From assembly GCF_009914755.1 (NCBI RefSeq), contig NC_060933.1: 64,000 nt of DNA, one strand, 5' to 3'. Below, piece by piece: positions 58,290 through 64,000 of the stretch; positions within the stretch are counted from its first letter, which is position 1, and each line of letters begins with the position of its first letter. A program made the translations under genes and the position numbers. This DNA is from the human T2T-CHM13v2.0 reference genome, Homo sapiens. The notes beneath the pieces were generated by a model, which saw only the letters and a list, made by a program, of their open reading frames with translations, made no database searches and had not been told where the DNA came from.

Positions 58290-59687
58290 CAACCCGACTG
58301 CAGGGGAATGGAATGGAATGGAATGCAATGGAATGGATTCAACTTGAATGGAATGGAAAGAATGGAATCAACACGAGTGGAATGGCATGGATTGGAATGG
58401 CATTGAATGGAATCAACCCGAGTACAGGGGAATGGAATGGAATGGAATGCAATGGAATGGAGTCATCCGTAATGGAATGGAAAGGAATGGAATGGAATGG
58501 AATGGAATGGAATGGAATGGAATGGAATGGAATCAACTCGATTGCAATCGAATGGAATGCAATGGAATTAACCCGAATAGAATGGAATGGAATGGAATGG
58601 AACGGAACGGAACGGAATGGAATGGATTGGAATGGAATGGAATGGAATGGAATGAAAAGGAATGGAATGGAATAGAATGGAATGGAATGGAATGGAATGG
58701 AATGGAATCAACGCGAGTGCAGGGGAATGGAATGGAATGGAATGCAATGGAATGGAATCTTCCGGAATGGAATGGAATGGAATGGAATGGAATAAACCCG
58801 AGTGCAATGGAATGGAGTGGAATGGAATGGAATGGAATGGAACAACCCGAATGGAATGGAATGTAATGGAGAGTAAGGGTGTTGAATAGAATCAATCCGA
58901 ATGTAATGGAATGGAATGGAAAGGAATGGAATTGAATGGAATGGAATGGAATGCAATGGAATGGAATCAACCCGAGTACAATGGAATGGAATGGAATGGA
59001 ATGGAATGGAATGGAATGGAATGGAATGGAATGAAATGGAATGATACGGAATAGAATGGAATGGAACGAAATGGAATGGAATGGAATGGAATGGAATGGA
59101 ATGGAATGGAATGGAATGGAATCGTACCGAGTGGAATAGGAGGGAATGTATTCGAGTGGAATGGAAAGGAATGGAATCAACCAGAGTGGAATGGAAGGGA
59201 ATGGAATGGAATGGAAATTAATAGAATGGAATCAACACGAGTGGAATAGAATGGAAAGGACTGGAATGGAATGGAATGGAATGGAATCAACTCGATTGTA
59301 ATGGAATGGAATGGAATGGAATGGAATGGAATGGAGTGGAATGGAATGGAATCAACCCGAGTGCAGGGGAATGGAATGGAATGGAATGCAATGGAATGGA
59401 ATAATCCGGAATGGAATGGAATGGAATGGAATGCAAAGCAATGGAATCAACTCGATTGCAATGGAATGGAATGGAATGGAAAGGAATACATTGGAATCAA
59501 CCCGACTGGAATGGAATGGAAAGGACTGGAATGGAGTGGAATGGAATGGAATGGAATGGAATGGAATCAACTCGATTGGAATGGAATGGAATGGAATGGA
59601 ATGGAATTAACCCGAATAGAATGGAATGGAATGGAATGGAACGGAACGGAATGGAATGGAATGGAATGGAATGGAATGGAATGGAAT

Positions 59688-61500
59688 CAACCCGACTGCA
59701 GGGGAATGGAATGGAATGCAATGGAATGGATTCAACTTGAATGGAATGGAAAGAATGGAATCAACACGAGTGGAATGGCATGGATTGGAATGGAATGGAA
59801 TGGAATCAACCCGAGTACAGGGGAATGGAATTGAATGGAATGCAATGGAATGGAATCATCCGTAATGGAATGGAAATGAATGGAATGGAATGGAATGGAA
59901 TGGAATGGAATGGAATGGAATGGAATCAACTCTATTGCAATCGAATGGAATGGAATGGAATTAAACCGAATAGAATGGAATGGAATGGAATGGAACGGAA
60001 CGGAATGGAATGGAATGGAATGTAATGGAATGGAATGGAACAGAACGGAACGGAACGGAACGGAACGGAATGGAATGGAATGGAATGTAATGGAATGGAA
60101 TCAACGCGAGTGCAGGGGAATGGAATGGAATGGAATGCAATGGAATGGAATCTTCCGGAATGGAATGGAATGGAATGGAATGAAATGCAATGGATTCAAC
60201 TCGATTGCAATGGATTGGAATAGAATGGAATGGAATGGAATGGAATGGAATTAACCCGAATAGAATGGAATGGAATGGAAAGGAACGGAATGGAACCGAA
60301 TGGAATGGAATGGAATGGTATGGAGTGTAATGGAATGGCACGGAATAGAATGGAATGGAACGAATTGTAATGGAATGGAATTGAATGGAATGGAATGGAA
60401 TGGAATGGAATCAACGCGAGTGCAGGGAAATGTAATGGAACGGAATGCAATGGAATGGAATCATCCGGAATGGAATGGAATGGAATGGAATGGAATGGAA
60501 TAGAATGGAATCAACCCGAGTGCAATGGAAGGGAGTGGAATGGAATGGAATGGAATGGAACAACCCGAATGGAACGGAATGTAATGGAGAGTAAGGGAGT
60601 TGAATAGAATCAATCCGAATGTAATGGAATGGAATGCAACGGAATGGAATGGAATGGAATGGAATGGAATGGAATGGAATGGAATGGAATCAACCCGACT
60701 GCAGGGGAATGGAATGGAATGCAATGGAATGGATTCAACTTGAATGGAATGGAAAGAATGGAATCAACACGAGTGGAATGGCATGGATTGGAATGGAATG
60801 GAATGGAATCAACCCGAGTACAGGGGAATGGAATTGAATGGAATGCAATGGAATGGAATCATCCGTAATGGAATGGAAATGAATGGAATGGAATGGAATG
60901 GAATGGAATGGAATGGAATCAACTCGATTGCAATCGAATGGAATGGAATGGAATTAAACCGAATAGAATGGAATGGAATGGAATGGAACGGAACGGAATG
61001 GAATGGAATGGAATGGAATGGAATGGAATGGAACAGAACGGAACGGAACGGAACGGAACGGAATGGAATGGAATGGAATGTAATGGAATGGAATCAACGC
61101 GAGTGCAGGGGAATGGAATGGAATGGAATGCAATGGAATGGAATCTTCCGGAATGGAATGGAATGGAATGGAATGGAATGAAATGCAATGGATTCAACTC
61201 GATTGCAATGGATTGGAATAGAATGGAATGGAATGGAATGGAATGGAATTAACCCGAATAGAATGGAATGGAATGGAAAGGAACGGAATGGAACCGAATG
61301 GAATGGAATGGAATGGTATGGAGTGTAATGGAATGGCACGGAATAGAATGGAATGGAACGAATTGTAATGGAATGGAATTGAATGGAATGGAATGGAATG
61401 GAATGGAATCAACGCAAGTGCAGGGGAATGTAATGGAACGGAATGCAATGGAATGGAATCATCCGGAATGGAATGGAATGGAATGGAATGGAATGGAATA
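59688..61500 (+). repeat. Recent ~1.0-kb tandem duplication
   Basis: CAACCCGACTGC at 59688 and 60691 (1003 bp apart). Shared variants are GGAAATGAATGG, TTAAACCG and GGTATGGAGTGTAATGGAATGGCACGG (60317 and 61315). Confidence 0.85.
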
Positions 61501-62500
61501 GAATGGAATGCAATGGAATGGAATCAACCCGAGTGCAATCAAATGGAATCGAATGGAATGGAATGCAATGGAATGGATTCAACTTGAATGGAATGGAAAG
61601 AATAGAATCAACACGAGTGGAAGGGCATGGATTGGAATGCAATGGAATGGAATCAACCCGAGTACAGGGGAATGGAATGGAATGGAATGCAATGGAATGG
61701 AATCATCCGTAATGGAATGGAAAGGAATGGAATGGAATGGAATGGAATGGAATGGAATGGAATCAACACGGTTGCAATCGAATGGAATGGAATGCAATTA
61801 ACCAGAATAGAATGGAATGGAATGGAATGGAACGGAACGGAACGGAATGGAATGGAATGGAATGGAATGGAACGGAACGGAATGGAATGGAATGGAATGG
61901 AATGGAATGGAATGGACTGGAATGGAATCAACGCGAGTGCAGGGGAATGGAAAGGAATGGAATGCAATGGAATGGAATCTTCCGGAATGGAATGGAATGG
62001 AATGAAATGCAATGGATTCAACTCGATTGCAATGGAATGGAATAGAATGGAATGGAATGGACTGGAATGGAATGGAATTAACACGAATAGAATGGAATGG
62101 AATTGAATGGAACGGAACGGAACGAATGGAATGGAATGGAATGGAATGGAATGGTATGGAATGGAATGGAATGGTACGGAATAGAATGGAATGGAACGAA
62201 TTGTAATGGAATGGAATTGAATGGAATGGAATGGAATGCAATGGAATCAACGCGAGTGCAGGGGAAAGTAATGGAAAGGAATGCAATGGAATGGAATCAT
62301 CCGGAATGGAATGGAATGGAATGGAATGGAATCAACCCGAGTGCAATGGAATGGAGTGAATGGAATGGAATGGAATTGAACAACCCGAATGGAATGGAAT
62401 GTAATGGAGAGTAAGGGAGTTGAATAGAATCAATCCGAATGTAATGGAATGGAATGCAACGGAATTGAATGGAATGGAATGGAATGCAAAGGAATGGAAT

Positions 62501-62798
62501 CAACCCGAGTGGAATGGTATGGAATGGAATGCAATGGAATGGAATGGAATGGAATCAACTCGAGTGGAAAGGAATGGAATGGAATGGAAAGGAATGGAAT
62601 GAAATCATCTCGAGTGGAATGGAATGGAATGGAATCGATTGGAATGGATTGCAATGGAATGAAATGGAATGGAATGGAATGGAATCAATCATTCCGAGTG
62701 GAATGGAAGGGAATGTAATGGAGTGGAAAGAAGGCAATGGAATCAACCCGGTTGGAAAGCATGGCAATGGAATGGAATGGAAAGGAATGGAATGGAAT
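62501..62798 (+). repeat. Rare cassette G, copy 3 (more diverged)
   Basis: CAACTCGAGTGGAAAGG, GAAATCATCTCGAG, ATCAATCATTCCGAG and GGAAAGAAGGC. Confidence 0.75.
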
Positions 62799-63801
62799 CA
62801 ACTCGATTGCAATGGAATGGAATGGAATGGAATGGAAAGGAATGGAATTAACCGGAATAGAATGGAATGCAATGGAATGGAACGGAATGGAATGGAATGG
62901 AAGGGAATGGTATCAACACGAGTGCAGGGGAATGGAATGGTAAGGAATGCAATTGAATGGAATCATCCGGAATGGAATGGAATGGAATGGAATCAACTCC
63001 ATTGCAATGCAATGGAATGGAATGGAATGGAATAGAATGGAATGGAATTAACCCGAATAGAATGGAATGCAATAGAATGGAATGGAACGGAACCGAATGG
63101 AGTGGAATGGAATGGAATGGAATCAACCTGAGTGCAGGGAAATGGAATGGAATGGAATGCAATGGAATGGAATCATCCGGAATGGAATGGAGTGGAATCA
63201 AATCGAGTGCAAAGGAATGGAGTGAAATGGAATGGAATGGAATGGAAACAACCAGAATGGATTGGAATATAATGGAGTGTAAGGGAATTGAATAGAATCA
63301 ATCTGAATGTAATGAAATGAAATGGAACGGAATGGAATTGAATGGAATGGAATCGAATGGAATGGAATGGAATGGAATCAACCCGAGTGCAATGGAATGG
63401 ATTCGAATGGAATGGAATGGAGTGGAATGGATTCAACCCGAATGGAATGGAAAGGAATGGAATCAACCCGAGTGGAATGGCATGGAATGGAATGGAATGG
63501 AATGGAATGGAATGGAATGGAATGGAATGGTTCGGAATAGAATGGATTGGAACAAAATGCAATGGAATGGAATGGAATGGAATGGAATGGAACGGAATGG
63601 AATGGAATCAATCGATTGCAATGGAATGGAATGGAATGGAATGGAACGGATTGGAATGGAATGGAATGGAATGGAATGGAATGGAATGAAATGGAATGGA
63701 ATGGAATGGAATCAACCCGAGTGCAGGGGAATGGAATGGAATGGAATGCAATGGAATGGAATGGAATGGAATGAAACGGAATGGAATGGAATGGAATGGA
63801 A

Positions 63802-64000
63802 TAAACCCGAGTGGAATGGCATGGAATGGAATGCAATGGAATGGAATGGAATGGAAACAACTCGAGTGGAAAGGAATGGAATGGAATGGAAAGGAATGGA
63901 ATGAAATCAACTCGAGTGGAATGGAATGGAATGGAATGGATTGGAATGGATTGCAATGGAATGAAATGGAATGGAATGGAATGGAATAAATCATTCCGAA
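63802..64000 (+). repeat. Rare cassette G, copy 4 (truncated by window end)
   Basis: CAACTCGAGTGGAAAGG, GAAATCAACTCGAG (63903) and terminal AATCATTCCGAA. Confidence 0.7.

Larger units (their letters stand above)
1..64000 (+). repeat. Human-type Satellite 3 (HSat3/SatIII) array, (GGAAT)n with interspersed CAACCCGAGT-family decamers; pericentromeric heterochromatin
   Basis: Uninterrupted GGAAT pentamers from base 1 to 64000, with CAACC-CGAGT, CAACT-CGATT and TAACC-CGAAT decamers. These are the reverse complement of the classical satellite-3 signature of (ATTCC)n interspersed with an ACTCGGGTTG-type decamer. The orientation is the same throughout. HSat2 is disfavoured because its dense CATTCGATTC/ATGATG pattern is absent. 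Confidence 0.98.

Noticed and set aside
657-61990. Purifying selection on the HSE core
   Set aside because: By eye about seven mutated copies keep the consensus and about four break it. That is too few and too non-independent to claim selection.
83-63994. Hundreds of ORFs on both strands (MEWNG- and IPFHS-repeat proteins, up to 505 aa)
   Set aside because: They are an arithmetic consequence of a stop-free 5-bp repeat. They overlap in all six frames, have no domain content and end at sporadic variant pentamers.
1-64000. CRISPR-like or diversity-generating repeat-spacer appearance
   Set aside because: The interspersed words are themselves repeated and in pentamer register, not unique spacers. 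There are no cas or reverse-transcriptase genes, leader or palindromic direct repeat.
1-64000. Embedded transposon, rDNA, telomeric repeat, alpha satellite/CENP-B box or unique insertion
   Set aside because: I saw no stretch free of GGAAT-derived pentamers, no poly-A tail, no TTAGGG tract and no 171-bp monomer.
1-64000. HSat2 or Y-specific DYZ1 assignment; SCA31-type pathogenic (TGGAA)n insertion
   Set aside because: It lacks the HSat2 CATTCGATTC/ATGATG pattern and shows no regular ~3.5-kb period. The complex decamer-interspersed structure over 64 kb does not fit a simple pathogenic expansion.

Overview
The whole 64 kb is a single-orientation block of classical human-type Satellite 3 (HSat3 / SatIII). 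It is (GGAAT)n on the + strand, interrupted every few pentamers by CAACCCGAGT-type 10-mers and other diverged pentamers. I see no genes, RNA genes, transposons, CRISPR array or unique sequence, and every listed ORF is a read-through of the pentamer (MEWNG / IPFHS). The word content resembles the chromosome 9q12-type HSat3 (HSat3B5); this is recalled from the literature and not verified. The interpretable structure is in how the variant words are arranged. (1) There is an underlying ~2.7-kb higher-order unit (a ~0.84-kb half plus a ~1.85-kb half), intact at 15369-18074 and 47958-50643 and shuffled elsewhere. (2) Private-variant duplications are nested at offsets of ~50 bp, ~160 bp, 0.84, 1.0, 2.5-2.9, 7, 7.8, 11.7, 13.3, 19.6 and 27 kb. 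(3) Two rare cassettes recur. (4) A perfect canonical heat-shock element (nGAAnnTTCnnGAAn) sits at a fixed position twice per unit. I found no evidence for a new coding system. All counts and offsets were read by eye and are approximate.
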